Part shown: positions 9,463-22,063 of the stretch, piece by piece
Layout: the number at the start of each line of letters is the position of its first letter
Position numbering within the stretch: position 1 is the first letter of the stretch
Source: Balamuthia mandrillaris
Taxonomy: Eukaryota
Reading direction: 5' to 3'
DNA length: 64,000 nt
Assembly: GCA_031835245.2 (NCBI GenBank)
Contig: JAVKOQ020000037.1
Location: forward strand, 62,001-126,000
The notes under the pieces: model-generated
The model's input: the letters and a program-made list of their open reading frames with translations, nothing else
Told to the model about the DNA's origin: nothing
Database searches by the model: none
Made by a program: the position numbers and the translations under genes

Positions 9463-12400
9463 ATGAGACGCTACTCGCCGCTACAGATTACCGGTCTGCC
9501 CGAGCCTTCTCGAAGGAAGGTCCTTTCGGAGGAGGAGGTGGAGAGCAAGTATGGAGCAGCTGTGGAGGAGTGTTTGGCCACCACGTTCGGGTATTCCAGC
9601 TTTCGTCCTTCTCAGAGAGAAGTCGTGATGGCGGTCTTGCGTGGTAAGTAAGCTTCCCCAAAAGTTGATGGACGCGTTCTTTGTTTTATTTCTGAACCTG
9701 TTTTTTTTGTATGCAAAGGCAAGGACACGTTCGTGCTGATGCCTACTGGTGCTGGGTTTGTTTTTCATTTTTCAGTGGGGCGGCAAACAGGATTAAAGAT
9801 GTGTTTTTTTGCTTGTTGTTGGCAGGAAATCCCTCTGTTTTCAGCTTCCAGCACTTTTTTTGGAGGGCCTCAGCGTTGTTATCTCGCCTCTCATCGGTAC
9901 CACTTGGTTGTTTCGTTCTTTGATCCTATCCTCATTTTTGACGCTTGTTTTTGTTTTCTCGGCTGTCTCTTCTTTGTTTTCTCGTCTCTGCCATTCTCTA
10001 TGTTTCTTCTCCTTTGTCCTCTCTGTCTGTCTCTCTCTCTTTCTCTCTGCCTGTCTCTCTCTCTTTCTCTCTGCCTTGCTACTGTGGGCCAGCATTGATG
10101 GTATGTCTTTTTATTGTTGTTTCGAGTTAATGTTGGCTTTGCTGAACCTTTTTCTTCTTCTTCTTGTTCTTGTTCTTCTTCTTGTTCTTCTTCTTGTTCT
10201 TGTTCTTCTTCTTCTTCTTCTTCTTCTTCTTCTTCTTCTTCTTCTTCTTCTTCTTCTTCTTCTTCTTCTTCTTGTTCTTGTTCTTGTTCTTCTTGTTCTT
10301 CTTGTTCTTCTTCTTCTTCTTCTTCTTCTTGTTCTTCTTCTTCTTCTTCTTCTTCTTGTTCTTCTTCTTCTTCTTCTTCTTCTTCTTCTTCTTCTTGTTC
10401 TTCTTCTTCTTCTTCTTCTTCTTCGACCTTGTCTCAATAGGAAAACCAAGTCAGTGGACTTTTGAAAAAAGGTTTGTGTGCAATGCTGAAACTCTTTCTT
10501 TCGGTTGCATTAATGCAATTCTTAGGGATTCACGCCAGTATACTTTGTTCTGCTCAAAGTAAGAAAGACAAGACCGCTGTGGAGCAAGACATCTCCTCCG
10601 CGAAACCCAGAACAAAGTTGTTATATGTTACTCCAGAGCTTATCGCCACGCCGAACTTTCAACGCATTCTTTTGAAATTGTATGATCGCAACCAACTGGG
10701 CATGTTTGCGGTTGACGAAGTAGGTTTCTTCGTTTGTGGTCTTCTTTGCGCTCCTCTTTCCTTTGCTTATAGTTTATCACTTAGGCGCACGCTATCTCTG
10801 AATGGGGTCATGACTTTCGTAGCGCCTATCGCAAACTTTCAGTACTGAAAGAAAAATTTCCTTATATTCCTATATGTGGTTTGTCCTCTATCTCTCTTCT
10901 CTCTTCTCTCTCTTCTCTCTTCTCTCTCTTCTCTCTCTTCTCTCTTCTCTCTCTTCTCTCTTCTCTCTCTTCTCTCTCTTCTCTCTTCTCTCTCTCTTCT
11001 CTCTCTCTTCTCTCTCTTCTCTCTCTCACGCACACACAAGCTCCCTCCTCTATCCCCGTTCTCCCTCTCCCTCGCTCTCCTGCCCTTTGTTGGATACCGC
11101 CTCTAATATTGTTGTTACATTCAGCCTTAACCGCTACTGCCACCACAACATATCCTTTCAGTTACTGTTTTCCTTCTCTCTCTCTCTCTCTCTCTCTCTC
11201 CCCTCTCCCCTCTCCCTTAACCCCCAGCTACACTGTACGGGAAGATGTAACAACGCAACTATGCCTTCAAAGTCCCCTCTCCGTTTGCCTTAGCTTCAAT
11301 CGCCCCAACATATATTATGAAGTCCGATTCAAAGAACTCACCACTTACGTCTATGAGGATATCAGTACATTCATAGCAACACAACCGCCCGGTAGTGGCA
11401 TCGTGTATTGCCACAGAAGAGAAACCTGCGAGGATGTGGCTCGACGCCTGCGAAGCGCACAAATTAAGGCAGAGCGTACGCCTTCCATCTATTGTATGTG
11501 TGACCTGCTCTTACTTAACTGCCACCGTGTTATTACCGTAGCCTACCACGCCGGTCTCAAGGATACAGAACGAAGGACCGTTCAGAGCAAATGGGCAAGC
11601 GGCGAGGTTGATGTTATGGTGGCCACTATCGCTTTCGGCATGGGAATCGATGTATGGTCCTTTTTTCTCTTGGTTAGCACGCTTTTTTTTCTAATCGTTG
11701 CAACTCAATTGAACTGGGCAGAAACCAGATGTTCGTTATGTTATTCATTTCAATCTTCCTAAGAATTTGGAAGGTTTTTATCAGGCAAGCACCTCCTCTC
11801 CGCCTCAAATGATCATCAACTGATTGTACCAACTTATCGAAGGAATCGGGAAGAGGAGGAAGGGATGGCCAACCTGCCAAAAGCCTTCTCTACTACTCCC
11901 AGCAAGACGAATCGCTTAACAACTTCCTGCTGGAGAAGGAGTTTGAGAGGCAACGACAAAGACTGAACCTTCCAGATGGAAAACTGTCCATTCAACAACA
12001 AGCCGCTGAATCAACTTGGAAAAAAGTATTTCCCTGCTCGTTGTTTTCACTGTTTTTTGTCTCTTATCCTTTAAACAAAACTAGATGGTGGCCTATTGCA
12101 AAGCTGGGTCATGCAGAAGGAAGTTGTTATTGGCTTATTTTGGTGAACGTTTTGGTGGAAGTTCTTCTGGTTGTGGCAACTGTGATTACTGCATTGATGG
12201 CGGCAAAACCGTCAAGGCCAATTTAAAGCGTTTGCGAAAGAATAACGTTCTGAATGATTCTTGGTTCGTTACTTCATTTTCGACTTCATCGTCATCATGT
12301 TCTGTCTCATAGTTTCTGTTTTGCCATAAGGCAACAAGCGAAAATGCTGCAGCAAGCCACTGGGGAAAACGAAGCTGAGGATGAAGAAGGCGGTAGTAAT

Positions 12401-13035
12401 GGAAGTTCCTCCTCTTCCTCCTCTTCCTCTTTCACCAGAGCTGCAACGTACTCAACCATGACAAAGAAGCAAAAGGCAGCCTTCATTAGCGCACAGAGCT
12501 ACAAAGCTGAGCGGAAAGCGGCCGAGCAGGAGGCCCTCCTTCGAGAAGAGAAGGAGGAGAGTCGCAAACGGCCCCTGCCCGATGGACCAACCCTCGCCGA
12601 CTTTGACCACGATCCTGACGACTTTTTTGCTGCTTTGGAGCGGGCTGAAGAGGAAGCGGAGGAGGAAGAGGAGGCATCTTCGCGACATCGCCAGAAAGGC
12701 AAAGAGAGACTCAAACAAAAGTGTGGTGCTGGCCCGATATCTTCTTTCCAGGTATCCTCTCTGCTCTCTGCTCTCCCTGCTTTCTTCTCACCGGAAGAGG
12801 AAAAAACGAACAAAAAAAAAAAAAGATGGCAAGCCAAGTGAGAGCAGCAGCCATCCGCGGCCATCACCAATCGGCCACGCATGCACCCAAGGCCCCCTCA
12901 ACCTCCACGAGTTCCACCACCACCGCTGCCAACAACAGTCGCAGCAGCAGGCATGAGAAAACGATAGCCAGCTACTTCCCAGCCCCATCGAAGAGGCGTC
13001 GTAGCTCTACCCCCGACGATGACGATATCCTGTAA
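9463..13035 (+). CDS. RecQ-family DNA helicase (RecQ5-like)
   Basis: MPTGAGKSLCFQLP, SPLIALM, VDE|AH, WGHDFR, ALTATA, ATIAFGMGID, YQ|ESGRGGRDG, Zn-binding CRRK...CGNCDYC. The model uses one AT-AC intron, one GC-AG intron and an 8-nt exon. Confidence 0.93.
10150..10424 (+). repeat. Intronic (TTC/TTG)n microsatellite
   Basis: Read directly; RecQ intron. Confidence 0.95.
10891..11027 (+). repeat. Intronic CT-rich (CTCTT-like) tandem repeat
   Basis: Read directly; RecQ intron. Confidence 0.9.
11150..11233 (+). other. U12-type (minor spliceosome) AT-AC intron
   Basis: 5' ATATCCTT, branch point CCTTAAC about 12 nt from the 3' AC. Removal gives ALTATATT|TVREDV. Confidence 0.92.
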
Positions 13036-13371
13036 CGAACATCAGTACCCAAAAAAAATATAGAGCACGTGGGGGTGAACCGGAGTTGTTTGCATTGGTT
13101 GGTATGTATAAAAAAGGATAACGGAGATTAACCAATAAATTAACTATACCTTTTATGGGTTAATAATAGAAAGTTAGCGGAAAACCCAAAATGCGGAGCT
13201 TTACGCCTTTTATTTGACGTTCTGCAGCAAAAGCAACAACAGCAGCAGCACCGCCTTCTTCATAAAACAACTACAGCAACACTTTGCCGAGGAGGGGAGG
13301 GAGAAAAAACTACCATCGCTGATTCTTGTTTCGCGGGTGGCTGCTGAACCACTACCAAAGCCGAACAAAAA

Positions 13372-15109
13372 ATGGAAGAAAACAAAGAAGACCAAAGCAA
13401 GGAGCTGAACGCAGACGAGCTGAAGGCCGAGTACGAGAAGCTCAAGGTGGAGGTGGAGGCCTTCGAGTCTCTTCACCCGCTTTCCGCGGAGCAGCAGCAA
13501 AGCAAGATCCAAGCAAGGCTGGAACAGCTTGGAGTGGCCAAGGTTTTTTTTTTAAGAAGTCCCCTTCCCTCTCTGCTTCTCTGCGTTCTAAAGTGTGGCG
13601 AGCAGGAGGGCGCCTTGGGGAAGGACGCTCTGGAAGAGCTGGGCCGACAGTTCAAGGTGGGTCTCACCGCAGAGGAAAGCAATGCCTTCATGCAGCGCTT
13701 TGTTCGCACAACGGATGAGAAAGCCGACCTGCAGGTTTGTTCCTTTCTCTAAAGTTTGTCTCTCATGTGTGAGTTGACTTTTTCACTTGCGTGAACGAAA
13801 ACGAAGGAGTTCAGCAAGTGGTGCGCCGGTGAGCTGCCCGAATGGAGTGGCGACAAGTTGGACTATCTTCGCATGAAGCTCAGATCCAAGGCTCTGCCAC
13901 TCGATGAAGTCAAAGGCGTAAGTCTCTTTATTAGTTCTTCATCTTCTTCTTGTTCCTCTTGTTCTTCTTGTTCTTCTTCTTGTTCTTCTTCTTCTTCTTC
14001 TTCTTCTTCTTCTTCTTCTTCTTCTTCTTCTTCTTCTTCTTTTTTCTTTCTCTTGACCTGGAAAATCAAATATTTGGTGTATTGCAGGCAAAGAAGGTAT
14101 CTCCAAAAACACACAGCCACTGGACCAAGCTGAGAGGTGCTCTTCGGGTGGCCAAGTTCTATCGTACCATTTGGAAGCCAGCACCACCAACAGAGGAAGG
14201 TTGGCAAGAAGTCAAAAAGGTCGCCGAAGAACAGGGCAAACTCGTCAAACGTATAACATTCGTGAGGCATGGTCAATCCACCTCCAATGCGGCATGGGAT
14301 GCTCACGACACCGAACCATTTATCTTTGATGCTCCTCTAACCGAGAAGGGGAGGCAACAAGCACGTGAACGGTAAACTTACTCTCTCCCATGTTGTTGAA
14401 GGTTTAACCTTAACGATATTGCTTTTTCTTTTCGATATTTTTTTAGAGCGGTGAAGTTGTTGGAGGAGAAGCCAGTACAACTGGTGGTTGCGTCGCCTCT
14501 TACAAGGGCTTCTCAGACATGCGAGCTTGTTTTTGGGCACCTGAAAGGAACAGTGCCATTCATAGTTCATCCTCTGTGCAGAGAGCAAATGTCTGGAGCC
14601 GATGACGTTGGCAGGTAAAGTTATTCTCTTTCTGCCATAAACTACTGATTGCCTCAACAAGGAACTAACTTGGTTATTACAAAAGGTTAAAAGCGGATCT
14701 GCAGAAAGACTTTTCTGAGTTTGATTTGCGCCTGGTTCCAGAGGGTTTCTGGTGGTACATTCCCGCTGAACGTCATGTGGAGGGAGAGACTCTTGAGGAG
14801 CATTACCGCCGCTACAAAGAGGCAGGCGGTTGGACCGAACCTGGCAAAGTTCTTGCGAAACGCATTCAAGAATTCGAGGTTTCTTTTTCCTCCTGTTTTT
14901 TTTTTTTTTGACAAAGATACTATCAGTGCTGACAACACAATGGATTACCCAAGGCATGGATTGTGGAAAGACCAGAGAGCGAGTTTGGAGTGGTGAGCCA
15001 TGGCGATTTCATTGAGAGGATGTGCAACATTGACAGAATCGGCAATGCTGAGCAGTTCATTTTGGAAGTTGATCCCCTCAATCCTATCGTTCCTTCCGAA
15101 GAGGACTAA
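13372..15109 (+). CDS. Histidine phosphatase (phosphoglycerate mutase-like) with helical, possibly EF-hand-like N-terminus
   Basis: FVRHGQS, DAPLTEKGRQQA, VASPLTRASQT, VSHG motifs; exons join in frame. Confidence 0.88.
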
Positions 15110-15137
15110 GATCCCACGCTCTCTCTCTCTCTCTCTC

Positions 15138-15178
<41 letters not shown>

Positions 15179-15242
15179 CTTCTCTTCCCTCTTTGTACAG
15201 AGTGTAGATTAAAAAAATATTCATGTTACAGTACTGTAAGTT

Positions 15243-18089
15243 CTAACAAAAGGCAGTCAACTGCATATCTGAGCAAACCTTTTGCACCATCTCTTTGGGG
15301 AACACGACTTGCTTGGGCCCGCTTCCCGTCGTGATGTCCCACAGCGATGTGTTCATGTGTTGGAAAGCGAGCGCGCTCGCCAACCAACCCTCCGTCCAAC
15401 CCGTTTCCACGCTCCAAGGACCCCACCCTACGAAAAGGCAGAGAAGAACAGATAAGCGAAGCGCATAGAAGAAGATAAGAAGATATGTTTCACCTGGATC
15501 GGCATTGCTTCCCCAAAAGTCCCAGAGGGAGTAGTCCATGGCTCTTAGCCAAGCCCCATCCAGATAGGGCAGCTTCTTGGAGGCCGCCTGGCATCGCACG
15601 ATAAACTCAGCAAGCTTGGCTGCGGCCTCTCCATAAAACGGATCGTGGGTGGCACCGTAGGCTTCTATCAAGGCCAACAACGCAAAGTTTTGGGAGTAAA
15701 GCGTGTCTACCACGGGATCAGCGTCGGTCTGTATCAACGGGTTCTCTCCTGAGCCGTAAGCTGCGTTTGAAGACGGCGGACACATATCGCAGTAACCAGG
15801 AGTGCCTATGAGAACAATACCGTCAGCATCGTGAAAGACATTTTGTTGGATTCGGCTTGAAGAAACCTACCCAAGCGTTCTTCGATGGCGCCGTAGGCTT
15901 GTGGCGTTTGAGCGGCGAGATAGTCGGAGGCTACCTTCCTCAAGAGTTGCCTATTGTCGGAGGAGTTATCCACTCGAACCAACCAGGCCAATGGAAGCAA
16001 GAACCGGGCTTGTTCTTCTGATAAGTATTCCGTCCATCTCCACTGTTTAAACAAAAACATCCACAGTTAACCAAAACAAAAAGAACGTGCAGAAGAAGAC
16101 GAAAAGACTCTCATACCTGAGCAGGATAGTACTTCATGCTATCCATGATGCCGTTTCGAGCTCTATCCAGAAAGATCGTGACGCCGGTCCTGTTGTAGGC
16201 CCAAAGAAAACTGGCCCAGAGATAAGCTTGGTAATGCGGCTGTGGAGCAGGCGTCTCGGAGTAACCAGCTTTGCTCGTGAAGAACGCCTTCCAGCCCTGA
16301 CTTTCCAGCGAAGAAACGGTAATGCTTCCAGGCCTAAAGCCAACAGCTCCCGTGGTACGAAGGTTGGCGAAAAGAGCACGAAGGAGCGGCTCGTGCCAAC
16401 GCATCGATTGGTAGGCCGTTGTTTGGAGGGATGAAATGGCAGCAGCGGTGGCTAACATCACGCGCGCATTGTCATCACCGTAGTATGTGGCCAACCACGC
16501 CGGTGACGATACTCCCCATGCCAACAACCCATATTGAGAGTCGCTTGGATTGTTCCTATAGTATTTTTGGAAGGAATAAGAAGATAGAAACAAAAGAAAA
16601 AGGAAAGAAAGAAAGAAAGAAAGAAACGACAAGAAAGACAGAGTAATTACCTTTGTGCTTGTTGTCCCAGAGAATAAAAGTAAACATAGTCCAAAATGCC
16701 AGCCGCAAAAGAACCAAACGAAGAAGACTGTTTGTTGGATGGCAAGGCAGGGGACAGCATCTCTCGGGCCGCCAAAGCCATCGCGCTCTCTGCGTTACAA
16801 TCCATTCGGATGGCCGTCGCATATTGCTGCGTGCTATTCCAGTTGATGTAAGAGGAATATCCTTCCAGCATGCAGATCAATGGAGAGGCAGCAGGTTGAG
16901 CTTTGTAGAACGGAGCAGGGCAGCTGTTATTATCTCCGATGCTAAGCAAGTTCGAATGGAAAGCGAGCCAATCGGTGGCTCGTTGAAAGGCGGAGAGGGA
17001 GGCGTTGGCTGGCAGAGCTTCAGTGGGTCCAAAGGAAGGATGTAAGATGGGTTCGTAGTCGGGAAGGATCATCGGGGAAGCCGCCATTTGGGTTAAGATG
17101 TACGACCAAATGCCTCTCCATGCTTCGTGTGGCGTATAACGTCCTGTTACAAGCTTTTGTGATTGTAAGCTCGCTGTGTAGCGACTTATCAACAAGAAAG
17201 GAAAGGGTAACAATGGCGAAGAGGAAAACTAACTTGACTGAGCTTGGTTGTGGCTACAAGGACAGAAGGTGCGTTGCTAGAGTTTGAAGCTTGGGTAAAC
17301 AATACAGGAACCTGTTCGGCAACATCTGTTTTTCAACGCAGACATTCAGAAGAGTTCCCTCTCCCTCTCTCTCTCACTCAGAAAACTTGGTACCAGGAAG
17401 TCCGAAAGTTGCGTTACGAACGCCAGCCACTTTGGCAAAGACGAGCAGCGAGCGGGCGGCCACTTGCGCTGAGACATCTGCAGGCAACTGAGTGTAATAG
17501 GCATCCTGTGCCATCAATATGTCCAAACGTCGGACCTTCCATTGGGTGAGAGCATTGCTCGCCGCTATGACTCGCCGAAAGTAAGATGGACTCTGTGGAG
17601 CACTGAATGCCAAACCTAAAACAACAAAAACCATTTAGACGCAGAGAGAGAGAGAGAGAGAAGAGAAGGAAGAGAAGCGTACCTGGAAGAGAGGAAGGAA
17701 ATTCGATGAAGAGGCGTAGGTTCTTTTTAGCAGCCATGGTAAGTTGGTCAGAGGTGACGTTCACCTGAAACCGTGGGTAAGAATCGGCCAGCAGTAACAA
17801 ACCGGAGTTGGACGCCGCGTTGTTTATAGCCTCATCCACAGTATCATATCTGTTGTCACCGCATAAGCAAAGCAAACACAACAAACCGTCAAGAACGCAC
17901 AAACCGTTGGACAGCGACTCGGGGACTTTGATCAGAAGAAAGCAGCGCAAAGACATCGTTTGTCGGCGCACAAACAAAACCGAGAGCTGCTGCGCTCGGA
18001 GCAGTTATACAAGATGCCACGGAGCAACAACACGCCAACACAAAGCATAAGCAGGCAAGAGCGTCTCCTCGCACCTTTGGTACCTTCAT
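15243..18089 (-). CDS. Secreted protein resembling bacterial (Bacteroidetes-type) six-hairpin glycosidase-like hypothetical proteins
   Basis: Hydrophobic signal peptide. Motifs YYGDDNAR, ANLRTTG..GFR, PHYQAYLWA, QARFLLPLAWLVRV, DPVVDTLY, WG..AD.GWGPWSVETGWT. Family assignment is from recall only. Confidence 0.75.
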
Positions 18090-18277
18090 CTTTGGTTTTC
18101 TTCTGTTTTCTAAAACAAATAAGTAAAGCATAACAACTTAAAAAGAACGTGCCCACCACTAATAAAAAGCATTACAAAGGCACGAGGAGGCGTCCATAAT
18201 TTCCTAATATAGTAAAATTCCTTCAAATGAAATTAAATTATCCTATAGATATGAGACTAGACAAGAGATTAGGAAGG

Positions 18278-18308
<31 letters not shown>

Positions 18309-18399
18309 GCTCTCTCGCTCTCACTGTCTCTCCAACCTTGTTAAGCTTCAGCTCTTTCGTGACAAAAAAAGCTCTGCGTTTTGTGAAGGTGCAATACGA

Positions 18400-20721
18400 C
18401 TATAGTCGTATGTCGTACTTGCAAATGGGGCAGCTGCGATGTTTCTCTAACCACATGTCGATGCAGGCTTTGTGGTAGGAGTGAAGACAGGGCAACGTTC
18501 GAAGCTCCTCGCCGACCTCATAGTCGCACAGGCATACCGAACATCTGTTGCGTTTGTTCGTTGTTCGGTCAGACTACACAAAGGATTGAGAGAGAGAGAG
18601 AGAGAGAGAGAGATAAGAATACGTACTCTGGGGATGGCTCCGAAGAGGTGCGAATGTTTTGCTTTTGGAAAGTATGAAGAGGAAGCTGAGAGATGATGTT
18701 TCGCTCCACTCCTCCAGCGACTGTTCCTATTTGCTCTTCCAAGCGCAGGAGTTCCTGTTATTGTTCGTTAATATATCATCCAAAAAAAAACCTAATAACA
18801 ATAACAAACCTCATAAGAAAGCGAGTCGACGTCGGTGTTGCCGAAACCTTCATCTGGACTGTGTTGGTTTTGTACATGAGACAAAAGGTTCGTGTTGGAG
18901 CTGACTGTATAATGTGTTCCCTGCATTTATGAAATTAACAGGATGGAGTATGCGGACAAGAATGAGAAGAGGACTGCGAGGAGAGAGAAACAGTGGAACG
19001 AGGTGCAGAGAAGAGAGAATCAAGGGAAGAAAACATACAGTGGCGAGGAAGCACAGAGGGCACTCATATTGATGAAACCCATCAGAAGCATGTTGAGACG
19101 TGACGTGTTGAATGAACTGCGAGGGAGGCATGGTTTGGTTTTGGCACGAGGTATACGGACACGTAATGCTGAGAGAAGAAGTGGAGGAGGAAGCAGTATA
19201 GGCGGTTGTTGATGGTGTTGACGAGGAAGAGGAAGAAGAGGTGTTCCTTGAATTATTCTCTTCTTCTTGCAGGAGAGCAGCCAACGTCATGTCATTCAGC
19301 TCTTTCTCCAATTGTAGAGCAAGTTGTGAGTCAGAGAGCGCGTTACGATGAGAGGAAGAAGAACCGCTTCCTTTTTCTTCTTCCTCTGCCAGTTTACGCG
19401 CAAAGTCTGAATCAGAGAGAGTAGACGATGATGAAGAAGATTGAGGTTGTGGTGATGGGGGAGCTCTTGAAGCTTCACCAGTCGTTGTAGCATCAGAACC
19501 ATTCCATTCAAGAGCTAACTTTCGTGCAAGTTGGGAGTCAGAGAGAGGAGCAGAAGAAGAAGAAGAAGAAGAAGAAGAAGAAGAAGAAGAAGAAGAAGAA
19601 GAAGAAGAACAAGAAGAAGAAGGTTGCTCGCTAACGTTGAGGAAATCGTTATAGGAAGGCAGTACAACACGAAGGCGAAGCTCAAATTCATCTCCCAAGG
19701 CAATGCATTGTGCATCATTCATCAACAATTCTTCTACTCCAATCCTCTGAGAAGCTCCCAACAACGTGAGCTGCTCTTTGCGTTTTGGAAGTGCAGCCAA
19801 AAGTTGAAAGCTTATCTCTTCCTTCTCTTCTTCTTCCGCCTTTTTGTTATAGTAAAATGAAAACGTTTCGTAAAAGGAGGCCGTTGAAGAAGAAGAAGAA
19901 GAAGAAGAAGAAGAAGAAGAAGAAGAAGAAGAACAAGAAGAAGAAGAAGAAGAACAAGAAATGAAGGACTTTGTGGAGGTGACATGTGTTTGTCCGTTGA
20001 AAGAGAGTTGCACGATGAACGATTGCTGCGCCACGGAAGATAACGTTGCTTCGTTCTTGAGGCTGAGAGATATGACGGTGACTTGTATTTGGTCTGCTCG
20101 TTTGGTGGTCCCTGTTGTGGGAAAGGAGAGAAAGAGAGAGAGAGAGAACGTATCAACAGCAAAAAAAACAAAAATGAAAGAAGGTAAGCAGAACAGACAC
20201 ATAAAAGCAAAGCAAGCGGGTACTTACTTGCGGAAGGGCTTTGAGAGCAAGTGAGATGTTCGGCATAACCAAAGCATTTGTTATGCACAGCAAAGCCACA
20301 CCCTTCAAAAAAGAAAAACGAAATGGGTGTTAACATAACGACAAGAAAGAAAGAAACGACAAGCAAGCAAGAAAACCTGTTCGGCTGCACTGATAGCCTT
20401 GCTTGGACACAGACACCCATATAAAATTATTACAATGCGAACACCTGGTTTTTTTGAAAAAGAAGAAAGAGGCGATAAGGAAAAAAAAAAACAAAAGGCT
20501 CTTCGCGCGGACGCTTAAGTTCGAATCGAACTTGAAAAAATAAATATATTTGTCAAAAAAACAAACCATGTCGGAGCGGTAAACCAAGTGGCTTTCCATG
20601 CGTGCGTTACCTCTCCGCTGGGTTCTTCGTCCACGAGTGATCCATGACCCCGCTCCGTTCTACGGCGAAAGAGGGAGGAAAGCCCTCCCCCACCGCCTTT
20701 TCTTCTCCCTCCGCTCCTCAT
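18400..20721 (-). CDS. RING-H2 E3 ligase with C1, C2-like, UIM-like repeats and Zn finger
   Basis: C1: HAWK...TWCSHC...GYQC..CGFAVHNKC. Three LSDS.LA..L repeats. CPYTSC...H...H..CPLC. C-terminal CSVCLCDYE...LPCLHSYHKACIDMWL...CPIC. Confidence 0.88.
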
Positions 20722-21112
20722 CTCTCTCTCTCTTCTCTTTTTGTTTTATTTTATTTTATTGTTTCGATGAAGCGATGCGACAAGATCGATCAAAATGTTT
20801 TGAAAAAGGATTGGAAGAAATTAATTCAAACAACCAATCCGTACATTAATATAGGGCTATATATTAGACACATAATGACTAAGGCGGCGCCAAGATCGGC
20901 TTAATAATGACTGCTATAATGATTGTCTCTATCGGGCAGAAAAAGAAAGAAAGCAAAGCAAAAACGGGCGCGTTTTCCTCTCTTTCTCTACGCTTTTTTT
21001 TTCATTCTTTTGCACAACGTTAAAGCGTGGCAAGGCAGAAACCGTTCTTCTTTGTTTGTTATTTTACCTTGCGTAAAACCCTTAGACAAGAGGACCTTTC
21101 ACACTCTTTACG

Positions 21113-21982
21113 ATGCTAGACGCCAAACCTCTCTTGTTGTGCGCTGCGACGTTGTTGCTGCTCTGCGCCTCATTCACAACCGCTGAAACGGCGCCAGCCT
21201 GCTACAAGAAAACCTCCACCAGAGGGGTGGGCACCATCCCCAACAGCTGCCCCTCTGGCTTCGAGGGTCAGGGCCTCCTGTGCTATCCCCTCTGCCAAGA
21301 TGGGTTCTACGGGGTGGGTCCCGTGTGCTGGCAAGCCTGCCCAGCGGACAAGTACACCGACACGGGGGCCTTCTGCCAGCCCAAGACCCAGTGGGGAGAC
21401 AGCTCCGCCTGCCCTTGGTACGACAAGTGCGGCCTGACCTTCAAGAAAGGCTGCGTGCGTTGTCCCAGCGGCATGGAGGCCCAAGGCTGCGTCTGCCACT
21501 TCCCTGGCACTTCTCTCTTCGCCAAGAAGACCTACGGCAGGGGCGTTGGCAAGGAGATGATCTGCTCCGCTGGCAAGGAAAAGGATGCGGGGCTGTGCTA
21601 TCCTCCCTGCCCAGCCAAGACCTACGGGGTGGGTCCCGTTTGCTGGCAACACTGCCCTCCCACCCAGCCCTTCTCCTGCGCTGTGGCCTGCACCAAGGAC
21701 CAGTCCACCTGCTCTGGCAACATTGCTGAGTTCTCAAGCACCATCCTGACGCTGACGCTGCAGCTGGTGGCCTGCGTGGCCTCGGAAGGAGCCGGGTGTC
21801 CTGCCATCGCTGCCTCCATTGCCAAGCTGGTGGAGGAGCTGAACCTGCCGTTGTGCGAGATGCCGGAGCTGCTGATGGCTGATGCCATGGAGGGTGTGGA
21901 CCCAGCGGTCGTGGCGGAGGTCAACCAGTACCTGCTGGAGGTGTTGAGGCTGCCCATTCCTCACCATGGCGTTAACTTCTGA
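21113..21982 (+). CDS. Intronless Cys-rich secreted repeat protein, copy A
   Basis: 289-aa ORF, signal peptide, two LCYP.C....YGVGPVCW..CP repeats, GC-rich codons. Confidence 0.9.
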   Translation: MLDAKPLLLCAATLLLLCASFTTAETAPACYKKTSTRGVGTIPNSCPSGFEGQGLLCYPLCQDGFYGVGPVCWQACPADKYTDTGAFCQPKTQWGDSSACPWYDKCGLTFKKGCVRCPSGMEAQGCVCHFPGTSLFAKKTYGRGVGKEMICSAGKEKDAGLCYPPCPAKTYGVGPVCWQHCPPTQPFSCAVACTKDQSTCSGNIAEFSSTILTLTLQLVACVASEGAGCPAIAASIAKLVEELNLPLCEMPELLMADAMEGVDPAVVAEVNQYLLEVLRLPIPHHGVNF

Positions 21983-22063
21983 AAGGAGCAAGAAGTGGTG
22001 GTGGTGTAGCCATGCTAAAAACAATGTTCCAGTTTGTTCTTTTATAAAAGTTATTTTTTTTGA

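Noticed and set aside
12752..12825. GTATCCTC donor resembling a U12 GT-AG intron
   Set aside because: Donor deviates from RTATCCTT and there is no CCTTAAC branch point; probably U2-type.
18394..18411. Perfect 18-bp palindrome over the RING gene stop codon
   Set aside because: Roughly 0.25 such palindromes are expected by chance in 64 kb; no other support.
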